Below are positions 1-15,307 of a stretch of DNA of 64,000 nucleotides, in pieces. The position numbers and the translations under genes were made by a program. A model generated the notes under the pieces. The model did no database searches. It worked only from the letters and a program-made list of their open reading frames with translations, and had not been told where the DNA came from. Numbering within the stretch: the stretch's first letter is position 1; each line of letters begins with the position of its first letter. The stretch is from Acanthaster planci (taxonomy: Eukaryota): the NCBI RefSeq assembly GCF_001949145.1, contig NW_019091355.1:3702646-3766645 (forward strand). The letters are read 5' to 3'.

Positions 1-3000
1 GGCAAAATTGATTTCTGAAACTGCAAGGTTACGCTTACATGCTTTAGGCTACTTCAAAACTGAAAAAAAGTGGACTCTTTCTGACAATGAAAGATAACCA
101 TAGTAAGTTGGGTTTTTTTAACACAAATAACAATCTTGTGAAATATTTTCTCAGAAGTGGCTCTGCTGCATCAAACAGCATGCAGATTGAAATATATAAC
201 TCCTGTTCAATATACCAAGGAAGGCTTAGCTCTGATAAACCCTATGTTTTATCTCTCCTGCAATTCATTTTGGAATTTCCAACTCTTGGGCCACTCCACA
301 CACTAGCAATCATTTATTTGATGGAAATTTACTACTGGGCACAGACAACAACTGACAACAGAAAAACCAGACTGCATGTGAGTTTAGGCCTATGTGAGTT
401 CGTACGTATTTCGACAATGGCAAACTGATTTTCACGGGGGGGGGAGAGATTAGACGTAATCATGAACATTGGGAGAAGAAGTTTGAGGCAATCGGTCGGC
501 GGCAAAGCGTGAATTCTAATTTCATAGTCTCCAGGACTTTGACGATTTCCTTCCGGCGTACTCCTCCTTGGCTACAATTCAAACCTGGTCCTTGTTTGTG
601 CCTTGTCCCTGTTGGCAACGGCAGCAGGCAACCCCCCAAGTCTGTCCTTCTATTTCTTAATTTCCTGAATATTGTCAAATTTTTCTTCTGCTCCTTTTGC
701 CACGTAACAAATTAAAATTCCTACCTACGAGATACCTGAGGGCACCTACTGTCTTTTCCCACACGCAAGACTCAGTGCTCAGGCAAAAACTTGTAATTGG
801 TTCCTTCCACAGCACTCCATATTTTGTTTGAAGAACGCTTACTGCCTGAATTCCACTCTCGGTTATTTCCCATAAAGTAACCTCCTTCATTCTCTTTCTC
901 ATCTGTCTAAAAAGGCTCACCAAATATTTCCTGGTAAAACAAATCATGGGATACAAAACACTCACAGATCCAACAAAATTTGTGTTGGATAAGAAACAGA
1001 TACATTAAAAACTGACAATATCAAAAATGTCAAAAGGAAATGTGACGCAGTAAAATAGTCATGCCGAAAGCTTGACAGTTCATCCATCTTTCAGGCGTTT
1101 TTTTTTCTCTCTTCCGCTTAATTGCATATCAGTATTCCCATCTCCATTTTTAATGAGAGTCAAAAGGGAATTAGCGTAGGATCTGACAAAAAAAAATTTG
1201 CAGTGGAGAATTACATCAACGAAGGCAGATTGGGTAAGAAGCCTGTGCATTACCCCCCCCACCCTAGATTGGCCACATTGACTGCGTCTTAGACCGTAGG
1301 TGGTTTGCGAGCCACACTGTTTGAAAAGCTGCGAGTCTAGCAGGGGGGGGGGTTGGATTCCATTAGGCGGATTGTTTAGCATTGTGCCAGTGCACCATCA
1401 AGGCACTATTCACATCGTGTGGTCCTTTCTTCCCTTAGTGAGAAAAAAAAAAAAGAAGAGTGGAATGAAAAGCCAAATGAAGAAAAGGTACCAAACGGGG
1501 GAAAGTTCAACGACCGAACAACACTAGAAAACCAACACAACGCTCTCCATGTAGGTCTGGATGAGATGGCTTCCAGGGGTGACTTGCCTTACAGGGCTTT
1601 GTCCGTCTCTTTTTTTAAAATAGAGAAAGGGGGTGCTGTGCTTGGTTAAAAACAATAATGTGGACAGCAATTTTGCTATTTGTTCAGCATCCGAAACTTT
1701 TTCGTCCCATTTTTATGAATAAAAAAGGGGATTTTGACATGCATGACTCGAATTGAAAGAACACTTTGAAAATAGTATGCTTAATTTGGCACAGGTCTGA
1801 TGTACCATATCTACACCTACATGTACATCAACCACTTTTTTTTGGTCAGTTAATTGCAAACAACTACCTGTACAATTTAGGTCAAGGATACAAATTTTCA
1901 GTCCCATTACAAAGAACTCATACCCTGCGCCTGATTGAACCCACAGGTAGGTTTAGGAGCATGGGATTTGTACCGGTATTAGTTGCAGTGGTAGGAAAAA
2001 CAAAACCCAACAGGTTTTCTTCTTTGAAAGCAAAAGCTTTGGAGATTTTAGGGGGGAGGCAAGTTGTTTAAATATCAGCATCCACAAAGAGTAGAACAGT
2101 CACACAAACTGTCCCAAGAATGTTCGGGCAACAGTGAAGCCATTTAAACAACATGACAATGCCTCACCTTTTACATGAACTGGTTACGTGAACTGAACTT
2201 GGTTGTATAAGTGTACAGGTATTTCATCAATTTCCTATCATCAATTTGCTCATACCCTCAATGCCCACTTTTCAATGTATTCCACTCTAAGCTTTTCTCC
2301 TTCCTTCCTCCGAAACATAACTCAGATTGTTAATTAGGGAAGGAGATTCGCATTTCTCCTGATTAGAAAAGCACATCTGTTAAAGTGCAATAACGTCTCT
2401 TTCTGGACTCAAACGCATGAGGACGACACGCTGCCAAGGAGAAGTGTCTCAGTCAAGGTCAGCGTTATTAAAGGCACCCCCCCTCCCACCCTCACTAAAC
2501 GTGGCAACAATCAATGGCATAACAGCCCCACTCCCATTAAATATTCAAGACGGTTGTGGAGAAAACAACCCCCCCCAGCTCGTGTCACAGCCGAGAGTAA
2601 TTAGGCTGTGTGGTTTAATCTTCAACCAGTGCTCGGGTCATTAATTTCAGACCCAAATAAAGGTTAAACAAAGTAGAGAGAGAAAAAAAACAGAAGATGT
2701 TCCTGCACTGCTACACCAAAATGTAGTCCAGGCACTCTGTCGAGGAGTGATAAATAAATGGACCTCATGCCAACCCGAAGCCATTACAAACGAGATTCTT
2801 ATTTATAAGGGGATTCCGACTTAGGTCTGTAACGCAGCCACGGCATCCAATTACACTACCGGTACATTTCTTTACACCTCTTTCAAGCTCGATAAAAATT
2901 CAATGGAAGAAGAAAAAAAAATTGAAAGAAAAGGTGAATTAATGCATGTATGTCGTTGTCCCGTTTAATGTTGGCATGTGTTTCAAACATGACAACAGCT

Positions 3001-6000
3001 CTCTTTTGGAGGAGGGAATAATGCACAGGCCACAGTTAATTAAATGAGTGTGTGGGAGGGATTAAGAGGCATAGGCAGGAGCCTAGCCGCCAGAGAGCAT
3101 ACAGGGCGTGGATAATCCACCTTCCTCAATGAGCAGCCAGGGCTTAGAGCTTTCCGGGACAACTTTCAAGTGCCTCATCTGTCTAGAGATGATTGGAGGG
3201 AAGATGTACTGCACATGTACTGGTACACGCACCATGTGTGCATGAGCATACAAGAGTCTGCCTTGGCTTCACACATGTTTGCTTAAAGGGGGATTTGGGG
3301 GCTGAACAAACTCCCGCTTACTGCCTGAATACTTTGTTTGGAGTTTCGTCACTGATACACACACACATTAAGACAGCTGTGTTAAAAGCATCTACGGGCA
3401 AAGGAAACCGCTCTACCGGTACTCACTCTACCTGTGCAGTGTGCACACAGGTTCCCGGGAAAATTTGCATAATGAGACTAAACAACTTTGCCAAATTAAC
3501 GTCAAGGCGCTGCGCGAGATTGGCTGTGTACTATCAGAATGACATCACATGGGTAGGAATTTGATTATCCGGGTCTGTTAATAGACCCGGCAGAACGCAC
3601 ACACACACAGTTTCTGCAATCATTCTTTCACTTTCATTTGGGCAGCTCTTCAATTCAAGAGGTCTTGGAAATAAAGGCAAGATTTCAGCGACTTTGGATG
3701 TGACAGACCCCCTCTAATGGACCGGCACTTGATGTCCACAGACTTAGACCGAGAAAAAAAACAAACTTGAGGTTCATTCACTTCTTGGCAATACACAGAG
3801 ATTGACGGAAGTTACATTTGTTTAAAGTACATTTCTCTGATTGTCAGTCTTTTTAAGGCAAATTCATCATTACCTGGAACACTTTTTTCTATTCCTCCGA
3901 AGCGTCATGTGACCGAGTATTAACATCCGACAATGCCTGCTGAGAAGTGATAATGCCCACCGCGTAAATCACACGCTGGCACATGGATACAAGACATTTC
4001 AATCGGGTCTGATTGGTCATGAGTCTCTGTGCATGCAACAAGCCATGCGCACGCCGAGTTCATTGAAGGGGATTCTATTGGACCACTTTCAAAAGGAATA
4101 TACCATAAAATGGATGAGGGCGTCCGGGAAAATGAAAGTAAAATATCAGAACAAAACTGTTGGAAATCCATCATATGTTGACTTCTTTTGACTCTCTGAA
4201 TAAAAAGGTACCAGTATTTATGAATGGAAACAAACGTGTGCTTGGCCAGTCTTAAACTAACGTTTCAGAACACTGATAATGCCCAAGCCGCATCCATTCT
4301 CCTGAGACAGTCTTAAATGTACGTTTAAGACCCGGTAAGCACATATTTATTCCCTTAAAAAAGGGAGAAAAAAAGCTTGCGGAGTATCTATACACTTTGA
4401 GATACCGGTATATTGTACGGAACATATATACATGTACATGTGGCAATGCACCAGGAACATTTGTTCATACACAACATGTGTATATACATGTATGTACAAA
4501 ATCCCTGAACTGGAATAAAATGCTAATAGTTACATGTCCCTTCAGCACAGTAATCTTTTGTTCTTAATGAACAACTTTCAACAGAAATCAGGTTCGATGT
4601 CAGCCAGCAGGTTAAGTACATGTAGGCCTATGTGTATAAGGCACTTGTGTAAGAATATGTAATCACCAGCAGTGAATGTGTGTACAGTGTAGCTGTTGCT
4701 ATGCAAACTCAATCTGGTGCACTATCGCAGCGCTGGGAGCGGGGTCACCCAGAGGCGACCTCACTGGGTGCCCTCCGACACCAACCGTCCAATTCAATCA
4801 GCCGACTTCCTGGTGAAATACCAGCCAATTCTCGGTTCTCAGCGGAAATCCGATAGGTTGGACAACCAATGGGCACGGTCTGCTGGCTGCCCGGAGCCAG
4901 TGGTGTCCTAGGCAAGTCTCACTGGTTGTGTCTGGTGCTGGGTTAAACAATGGAACTGTCTGTTGGCAGTGGAGAAGACACATTTGGAGATCAAGCTAGG
5001 GGGGGAGTGGAGGTGATTGGTAGCTTTAAAGATGAACTTGACTTTAAAAGTCACCACGATCTGGTATCCTTTGAGAGTACGGTTTCACAAGCATATGGGT
5101 TTGTACACGTACTGCACCCTCTACTTCATGTTTCACTTTACAACTGGACAAGATCACTTTCACTTACTGCACGAAAAACAATTCCACATCTCAAGACCTA
5201 CTGAATCAAATTCTGGAATGTGAACTACATGTACAGTACAAGCATGCATACCCTAGATTTCATTCCAATTTCTTTCTTCTTTTTTTATAGTAAATGACCA
5301 AATTACAGGGTTAGTGTACACCTCGAAATATTACTGAATATGACTACCAAGGCTTCTACGCTACCTGCCAAGTGAGAACAAGAGATGGCATGTTTTTACA
5401 CTGCAATGACACTCTGCACTTTTCTGCACTGCTTTTGACGCAGGACACGCCGAGCACGTGCCAAATCTCTGTTGGGACGTGAGGCCTCTGCATGCCCAGA
5501 TGCAACGATTCCCCACCAACTTCTCTCTTCTTTGCCAGTGAGGGGGTGCTTCCCGTCGGGCAGACGATAACCCTCCAATAAACTCTTCCATTAGATGAGG
5601 GTTTTATTCCTCTAACCAGAACTGATCCAGGTGAACAGACTTCGCTTGAATGACAGCAACCTGTCGCTTATCTAAATGCTGTACTCCTCCTAACCGATAA
5701 CCAATAAAAGTACTAGTGCATGCAGAGGCCTTCATGTACATGTACATATACGTGTATGTACATACAAGTAGTTCTGAGCAATATTTCATAAGTTACATGT
5801 GCTACTTGTTTTAAGGTAAGAAATAATAAATAGCCGATGTCAGGTACGGTAAATATTTGAGGAAATGTACACAGAACCCCGAGATGATAAAAATGCATTG
5901 AAAGGCACAGGTGATTTGTTAAGCAGCTGGACAACATTTAACATTAGTTTTCTGTACCTTGCCCTCTATTGCCATCTACCATGATATGGAGGGGGAAGCA

Positions 6001-9000
6001 GACCGCAATGTTAAGCACAGACTTGACACTGCCCTTAACAGCCTCACACTCTAGCTGCTGTCAACTTGTTTTCTTTTCAAGCTGTCTTGATATGTCCGAC
6101 AGTTTATTGACCAAACCCCCTCCCCCCCTAGCTGAACAGCATTTAACCCACACCAGAAGGCTTGCTCCGAGCCGGAGAGACAGAGAGAGAGAGTGTGCAG
6201 GGCTGATGCATTTACATCCCCGCTGAACCTATTGAACGGAACTCATCTGGTGCAGAGAGTCGTGCTCTGAGTGAACTCAAATGTTAGTTTTTGCCAGACA
6301 GGCCAATTCAGAATCCTCTACACAGTGCCACCATCATGCACCGCCCGGCCGTGCACTTTCCTCACTTCAGACCACTGTGCCAGTAACAGGCAACCATTAG
6401 CTCAGAGGGTCTCCGTACACACTACATTGCAAGAGCAAGGGAACTGTTTTTTTTGCCCCGTACGCCTGACACAGTGCAGTGGCTCCCCATTCACGGCCTT
6501 AATGGTCAGCCAAACCCGCGAAACAACTCTGTCAATAAAATGACGCCAAAAGCCTCCACGTCCAACTGAAGCTGGGGCATATCAAAGCAATGACTAATAT
6601 GCTACTGCACTTAAATACGCCTCGGTGACAGTAAACGTTATCAGCATTTAGAGACAGGCTGCAAATGAATGGTGTTGAAATAAGGTGACAAAAAAAATTA
6701 AATCTAGAAATATCTGAATGGGAGTCAAGTGCACAAGCGTGAGTCCACAGATGATACTGAAAATTTGGGGAGGGGGGAAATTCCATCACAAATTTTGTAT
6801 ATATAAAGTGAGAAATGAAAAGGGTAACACTTGAGAAATGAAAAGGGTGACACTGGAAACCCCCCCCTCAACAAAGAAAGAGGATTCGGGGAAATGAATT
6901 GATAATTCTTCCTGACCTATGCTTTTCACGGACATGTAAATGTTGTACGAAAGACTACGACAGCAGGCCACGGCCGCACGAATGGATGGAACCAATGTTT
7001 CGCTGAGCACGGTGGGTTTTGTCACGCGTGGCATTAATTAACGCACCATATGAGATGAGAGGGGTCTTGGCAAGGCGTCCCGTCCCAGCCCATTGTGGCA
7101 GTCACATGCAGAGTCCAAACGTGCCCTCAAGAATGGACCGGTGAACTCAACCGTCAGATTTAACCCCTCATTCTCTTCACCACCCCGTCCCCTCGATATT
7201 TTTTGTCCCTTCCGCTTCTGCTCAAAAGAAAAAAAAAAAAAGCACCCGCCTGCTTCAAACAATAACGCTCACCGCTACAATGAGCAACGGCCAGGCCAAC
7301 TCAAAGGGACCCTGTCCGTCCATCAAATCGTTTGCTCGGCACAAACAAAATCTCAGGAGACAATGTCCCTGGAACCGGGAGGGCCTTTGACACAAGGCGA
7401 CCCCCCTTCTTCCATTCACAGCGCACGATCAGGAAGGCATCGGTAACTCAAAACTAAGTAAAGCCAGTGCACCGCACACACACACATACTACTCCTTGAA
7501 TGTACAAAACCTTCCAGGTTTTTTGCAAGGAAAACAAAACAAGAGAAGAGACACACGCAAGGGGGTGCCCAAGAGTGTTTAGGTAGATAACAGATGGGAG
7601 GATTTCTTTTTTTGCTCTAGATTGGGGGAGAGCCACCATAAGACAGGGGGAAAGTGATGCCTGGCTGTCGCTGACAATGTTTCTTGAGCTGCTCTCATTG
7701 ACGTCAAGGCCAAAACTCCCCCCCCCCAAAAAAAATGCAGAACACTACCTGCAGTCTTAAACTGTGGCATACATGTACTCAGGCCTACATGCTGGACACA
7801 GAGGCTGTCACCGAGCTATAATATAGGGTCAACGTGGCTAAATCCCATTCAGATTTTTTCTGTTTCTAGAAAGGCAGCAGTGAAAGGACAAACTTTCTAG
7901 GCAGTTAATATAAAGTTGTTGGAGCTCCTTTATTTCCATGGCCATCACGATTCATTACATGTGCAGCTCTGCACTAAATATTTAGTAAGAAACTAACACT
8001 ATCAATAGAATAGATAGATGCAGATGCACAGGAGAATATTGGGACTCGTTACAAACTGTAGATGAAGTGTTGGATGACCAGATGCCTGTTCCATCTATTG
8101 TGGATCACGTAACGGAACTGTATTAACACCAAGTGAGGTTGTTTACTGTAAAAAAGCCAGACATTTGCCAATGCACTGCCACAAGGAATCAACATTTTAA
8201 GTGAGTATTTGCAGAAAAAAAATTAGATTTCTGGGTCTCAAAACTGGAGTAAATGAAACACAATTGCCTGGGTATATACATCCAGAAGTTATCAGCCTCC
8301 AAAGCTTTAAAAGACAAGTATGGTGCCAGTAGTAACAGATGGCATGATATTCCAAAAATCATGATTATACTATTGCAACTATTCAAACAAATTAACCATA
8401 TGACGTTGGAACTAGGGCAAACCCGTTCACATTGAAAAATTATCAAGGATTCCCGTGAATAATTTAACAACTGCATTCATTACTGGGAAGAAAATGACCT
8501 TGAAGTACATGTAAATGAAAAGTTTTACTCTCAGTGTACATAAGTTTGATAGCCGTTTCTCTCTTTATTTCAATGAGTTCTGCCACTGAGACAGAGTGCA
8601 GGATGGTTGGCTGTCAGAGAGGCTCTACCTGTGCCTTTTGTCAGTCTTCCTGGGACAACACCTAGTTCTGAAGAATCAGGCCAGGGCAACCTGGACACTC
8701 CACCACTCTATGAAGTGAACACCTTTTGGTCAGAAGACAAACAACGCCACCGGTTTATCCCACAAAGGTAGAGTACCATACAGCAAAGCCTGTGCCCCTG
8801 ATGTGCGGTTCTTGTGGTCTGCCCCAACACAAAGCCAAGTTTCATGGAAAACTGACTGGGGCATTTAAGGAGGGGGGTACCTTAAGATGAAACCTGCTGC
8901 CCAATTAGGAAAATAAACAGGGTGAGAGGTCAGGAGCAAACCCGTCAATCATCCCTGTGGCCCCTTTGCAAAGGGGTGATGCCAAAGGTGGCCCCACTGA

Positions 9001-12000
9001 ATTACACAATGAGCACTCTGCTTGTTTTCGGCCCTGTCTATTAACCTCTTACGGCCAACAATAGCACCGAAGTTAAGGCAAGGGGTGGTGTGTTGTTTAG
9101 ACAGTAATTTGAATCATCTCTGTGAGTACAATTCATCAAAAGCTCTAGGCAAGTGCACCCTAGGTTTCAAAAAACCTGGAATTCAATCTAAAAGAGATGG
9201 GCCTTTCTCCTGTCCCGTAACAGACTCTTATTTTGCGGGCAGTTCAAGAAGAAAATCTGAGCCAGAAAAGTGCTTCAAAGCAGCAAGGAAAGGAAATTTT
9301 CAGGGCAACTGCTTTGCTCCAGTACAGGGTCAGCCCCATGATGAACCACCATAACAAACGGAGTACCATTCTGGAACACTGCTCAAAGGGGCCATTTTTG
9401 CAAAGACAAATACTCTGTCCGTCTGCCCTCTGACATACAGCCCCTTTAAAGAAGGGGGGATTTTTCAGCAAACAGTCACATAACACGAACACCAGCCACA
9501 AAGAGACACAGCCGATAACCTCCTCTAATGCCTGGCCAAGTCTCCACAGGCGACTAAACAACATCACATTTCCTTCAGTCAACACCAACGATCTCTCCGG
9601 GTGCAGTTTTTTTTTTTTTTTTTTGGTATACCACGTCAATTTGCCCTCGATAAAAATCTACTGATATTACACAGATTTTCTTTTCTTCTCTCTTCGTTTT
9701 AATCAGTGGTGGGCGTGACCAGGAATCTTGGGGTTACATGTAGGTATGACTGAGGGCTCTGGATGGGGGAGGAGGGGAAGAGTGCCTACATTTTCAAGGG
9801 TACTGTAGGTACAGTGTATATTTGGGGTTGACGTGTGCCAATTCCAAGTTATCTTGCTTTGAGCGGCATTGTTACTACATGAAGTCCTTGTGGACACTTC
9901 GCTTGCACATGTTCCATGGTCCGGTTAATTTTTAATCCCTGTCCTCAAAAGCAGCCAATGCCAAGCAGAGGTTCAGTGCTCACACAGAGACACAACACCT
10001 GCACGATAAATTGGAAGCAAACCATAGGTCCCTAATTTCCACACAAACACAAAATAACTTCAATCAATTCTCATGGAGTGCAAGTGATACCAAGGGCATC
10101 CTACAAGTTTAGAATACACAGTACATGTTTTACTTTAGTTAGGATTTTTTATGACAATAAGTATTAAAATAAGCTACAACAAAGTAAATAAAAACAAAAC
10201 TCTGACTTTGATTTTACCACCCACATGTGAATGTCCTGTTGTCGCATAGGGATCAGCCAGTCCATTTATAGCATTTCATTACCTGACGGCCTAATGTGGT
10301 CGGGGGGAACAGCTAAAAAAAAAAAATACCGGTAACTACGCATGAAGTTAATTAAAATTGATTTTCAGAGGCCGTCTCATTCGATTAATTAATCTGTTTT
10401 GGTGTTAGGCATTCAATTTGTTTTCTCCCATGTGAGAAAGTCTACATTAACAAGGCATGGAGGCCATCCACTCCATTTTGCTATTGCTACCGGTTCACGT
10501 ACAGTATGTGTGGTTGGTAACCAGGGACTTCAATGCACCTTTGTACATGTAACTGAAGGTGCATGATTCAGCTTTGATTGGAGTGTGAACAGCAGGCTTA
10601 TGCACGTCATTCTTTGAAGATCATTTATATGTACATGTACATGTATGCTACAACAAGCTTATACTGTACTTAAACATGCACACATATGGTACATGTACAT
10701 GTACAGTTGTGTAGGCCTACATGTACGACTTCTTCAGCTTTTCTAATTCTGTGATTTGATTTTATTGTAAATTTTCTGGTATTGTGAAAATTTAAAGGCT
10801 AGAGTACTTGGTGCCATCACAAACAACATTTGTAGTATGTAATGCTAAGTTTCATTCAGCAGAATTTTGTGATCTGAACGGAGTTTTAGAGTGTGCCCTG
10901 TTGGTCGCGGGGACCAGACAGCATTTTACAAAGCAATGTGTACAGTGTACCTGTACACCAGCCAAGCCCCTGCTACCAAGTTCACTGTCTGCTGCACTTG
11001 CCCTGCAAGCTGGCAAACTGGGGGTCGTCAGATGCACCCACAAAACACAGCACACACACAAACAAATGGAGGAGGCCCGGTTGGCAGCCCAGGGGGGTCA
11101 GGGGTCAGCCCCATTGAGTCTTCAAGCACAGCTATGTCAACAAAACAATGCACTGGGACAATTTTAGCGGCATGGTGGGGTCTTTTAACAGCACACAGGC
11201 TCCTGTTGACACAAAACTCCGGGGCAAAAAGGAATGAAAGCTGCCCAGAGAAAAAGAGAATGAAAAAAAAAAAGTGGGGAGAAGTGAAAAGCTGGCACTA
11301 TTTTGGGGCTCAATGTTAAAAATTAACAATGCACTTTATTACTCACTGGCAAATGACATTGCCAGTAGGTTGGGTTACAGTCGTTCAAAAGCCCAATCAA
11401 AACCACCGGATGTTCAAACGTAAAATGTCATACATGCTAGATTCTCGAAACAAAACACCATAACCAATTTGTGGGGGGAGGGGATGGTTTGGAGGTTTTA
11501 AACGCTCGTTCAGACAAAATGAAGCCGACAGTCATGAACTTTGAACATTTAAACCAGGATTGGGATCAAGGCCTGGGATGATTTGGGTGACTTTGGAACC
11601 TGTCCTGTCACACAGATAAATAACAGCATGTACATATAGGCCATTCCACGACTGCCTTAAAGGATTTTCATTTTTTTTTTTCAACATGACACATTTAAAT
11701 GCTGATTGTGTCAATTCATAAAGCCTGCCCTGACACAAAAGAGTATCCCGATACATACATGTACATGCAGTGTGCATGCATGGTTTCTCCACAATGAAAT
11801 CTCGGCTCAGTAGTAAAGCTCAGTTCCCCTACGTAATTTTTTCTTTCTTTTTTTTTTTTTAATCAAAATCTGACATCCAGACAGCTGGACCGGTTCAGGC
11901 CACCAATCAATCAAGTGACAAAAATTCATGTTATCTCTGGAGAGCTTTGTGTGCCAGGCCGGAGTTAATTCACAGATCACGATTACACCTCCCTGTCACT

Positions 12001-12780
12001 CATTTTTTTTCCCCCTTTCCCCGTTAATTTGAAGAAAAGAAATACTGGTGCACATGTACATGTACAAAGCCAAACAAGCTTTCCCAGGAAGCGAGGAACA
12101 AACAAATTCCCATTACGCAGGACAACGTGTCTGACAAAACTCTGAACACTTTTACTGAGATTTTTTCATGCGGTTGAGTGTAAATCTTCCCGTAAACTGT
12201 GAAAAAGATTTTCATCTTTCTGGCCACTGTTATCTGGGAGCGGGTCAAAAAACAAAAAACAATTGGTGCCCTAAAAAGGGATCGACAAGCATGCATCCAA
12301 AACAGATGATCAGAAAATCCTTGGTTTTGTTGAGTAGCAAAATAGCGAATCGACTGCCTGATTATTTGCAGTACAATTCAATGGTCAACATGTGGCACAT
12401 TGAATGGCACACTCCAGGAAATGATATCTATCACCTCACACTTTCACGTTTAGGGCAGCTTCCCCGCCAACAATGGCTACCAGGTTGACAGACCACTTTA
12501 GACCAATCACGGTGCCTGACAAGGCATGGGAAGAAAACTTTCTGCATGCTCATGCCTGAACTTCTGCTGTCAGTCAGCAGAGACAACTTTCCTCTGGATT
12601 TCTTGGCTCGGTACATGTACTTTCAACCGAACTTTCCATTGGGATACACTGGGTACCCATTGGGCAAGCCTTCTTTCACAAAGAATATGGATGGCTACCC
12701 ATTTGTGCAATCCAAGACAATGGCCCATTGTCAGTAACTTCCGATGAACCTGCCATACTCAGTTCCATAAAGCAGAGGTA

Positions 12781-12915
12781 CCGTACAGTGTATAGTCTGC
12801 ACCTACACATGTACGTGTACATGTATGCATGTACAACAATGTATACTGAACAAGTATGTGTGTACGTGTGCATTGTGCATTTTACATGTGTACAACTGGA
12901 ATACATGTACATGTA
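12781..12915. repeat. Low-complexity alternating purine/pyrimidine tract rich in TACATG/GTAC
   Basis: Repeated ACATGT/GTACA/TGTATG units; similar tracts at ~4420-4500, ~5735-5765 and ~10628-10730. Confidence 0.6.
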
Positions 12916-15307
12916 ATCCCTGGGTCTGGCGCCTAAAACAGCCTTGAATGACCCAAACAACCTTTACAGAGTACACAGTCCTATGACAGTCTTGGCATCA
13001 GGTTTTGCGTGATTTCCACGACTTCAATGTCGTGGAATCCACCTCTGGAAAGTGCACTGAACTTGCAAGTCCCAGTTTTAAGCAAACTTATTTCTATTTT
13101 CACAAAAACATTTCCTGTACCCAGTAGTTTCCTGTAAAATGTAGCACACACATGTATATATAATAGTGACGTCGTAAATGGACGTCTCTGCTGAAGTCTG
13201 GCTCCAGTGACACCTGTCCATGTGAAGGTAGTTACTGGTACAGGTACATGTAAGAAGTCATACCTGTACATAACGGTACCCTGTGCGTGGTGCATACTTT
13301 CTGTTGAGAAAATTCCGCATCTGAGGTGTCCAACTGAGCTTTGTATTCAACTACAAGCATTACATTTCATTCTGAAGACACCACAATTTTTCAGGCTGCC
13401 TGCACTGAATTCCAAATGCAAGATTACAGATGTGTATGGCGGCACCCATTTGTTTGGTCAAAATGCCTAGAAAATTCCACCGTATTTCTACAGTCAACTT
13501 TCACAATGGCTAATGACATGAGAGTTGCACAGTACTACGAACCCATGATGTTTATAAATATGTATCTGCACAAAAGTGAAATGTGCAAAATTTCTTTAAT
13601 TTCAAAGCTCAATAATTTTCAATTCATGTTCTTTCACTTTACACCACAACAGCGCTTTTGTCAATGAACAGAAGTCAGAATCCTAATACCATTGCTCCAA
13701 ATGGATGCGATATTTATTCTTCTAACAAAGACAATGAAAGGCCTGCCGTTAAACCCCAGGCAAATGTTTCCCAGACCTGTTTTACCCAATTTATATTTGC
13801 ACGACTGGAATAGTCTTTCAAAATGCAACAGACAACAAACAGAAAAACCACACCTCACAACTATGAAAAAAAAAATGAAAAATGGAGCAAGCGTGTGGTC
13901 GACACCAAATGTCATGAATGCAAACTTTCAGTTCCATTGCTTTTGATAAATTGCGTCTGGCAGGCTGGTCAATATAAACAAACAAACACTAGCGAGGGAG
14001 GGAGTCGAGGGAAAGATGCAGAAATCGCTAGGCACAGGGGCTGGCATCGCAGCAATGCCACTGGTGCGCGCGCGGCCATGTCCGTGGCCGGGAAAATATT
14101 TAATAAAACAAAACACTTGTGGTCCACCATGAATGTGGGTCTCCGATTAAAGTTTAAACAGCCCTACAAGGGGTGGAGCGACTGTTTTCTTCTATGCGGA
14201 AATGTGTTAATTTATGTGGGAAATTTTCTGTCAAGTGATGCATGTTTGGTCAGAACGTTCATGTATAAGTGAACAATACACAAAGATTTTTTGCGGACGA
14301 CTGTTCTGAAGTACACGTGGCACACTTTAAAGCGAGATGAACACAAACATGCAGTGACGTAATGAGGAAAGGTACCTGTGGCATTGCACAGAAAGCACTC
14401 AGTGAGATACAGAAAGGACCAGTCTACATTTTCATGACAAGTTCTTTATTCGGACACCACATCACACATGTTGGCATTCACTGGCCCATTTCACTCCAGT
14501 ATAGCGGCCCGATTATCCTTGACTAGCTTCTGCCAAAGCTCCACTCTCTCTCAACCGCCACACGTAATTCCAGCCAGATTGGACCCAACAACATGTAACA
14601 ATCAAGGTTATTGCCATCCATCAGGAGAATTCTCAACCTTCTACACCTGTGACATTGCTCAGGTTTGCTGGGCAACCTCTCTAGAGGACCAGTACATGTG
14701 TGGGAAACCCATCGGTCTCCAGGACTGGGAGCCAGACAAGAATATGCACACGGCCATCCAACAGGTGTCCGGAACACCTCGAAGAGATGATCAAACACTG
14801 GCCTTGCTGAATCCTGTGACTTGCTAACAGTGCATTTTGTCTTCAACAATCCAGTAAGCTCACCAGGAAGCATAATTTAAATTTGGGGTACCCAACATGG
14901 CAAAGACCCTGAGAGGCTGAGGAGTGACCACACCAGGTACTGCCAACTCCCTCTTAACTTACCACCCCCCCCAACCTACAGTCGTATTGAGGCTGCAGGC
15001 ACCCGCACGTGACCTGGTGGCATAACGCTACTGTAGTTAGCGCAGCGACGACATCAGTCAGGCAAGGGGTGTCGGTGTCAGACTTGAGCTGACGTGGGGG
15101 AGTGGCGAGAGGTGCTCTGTCCCGCTGTGCTTTAAGCACCAGGTGCCCCGGATGGAATGTCCTCAATTCATCAACTGTGTCTGCGCTGGAATATGTGGTG
15201 CACTTCTTCCCTGAACACGCACCAAACTCATGTTTGTTTGACGTGGACATACAGCAAGTTGCAGCCGGTTTTTCAAGTCAATAAACCTTTTCAAACTTCC
15301 TTAGTAG

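Noticed and set aside
12630..12695. Minus-strand peptide GLPNGYPVYPNG resembling TCF exon 3 (PGYP...LPNG)
   Set aside because: Flanked by stops, no suitable phase-1 acceptor or convincing donor; likely chance
14963..15210. Open minus-strand segment with AG/GTAAG ends, phase-compatible with TCF exon 2
   Set aside because: Weak pyrimidine tract and no resemblance to TCF sequence; cannot be supported without transcripts
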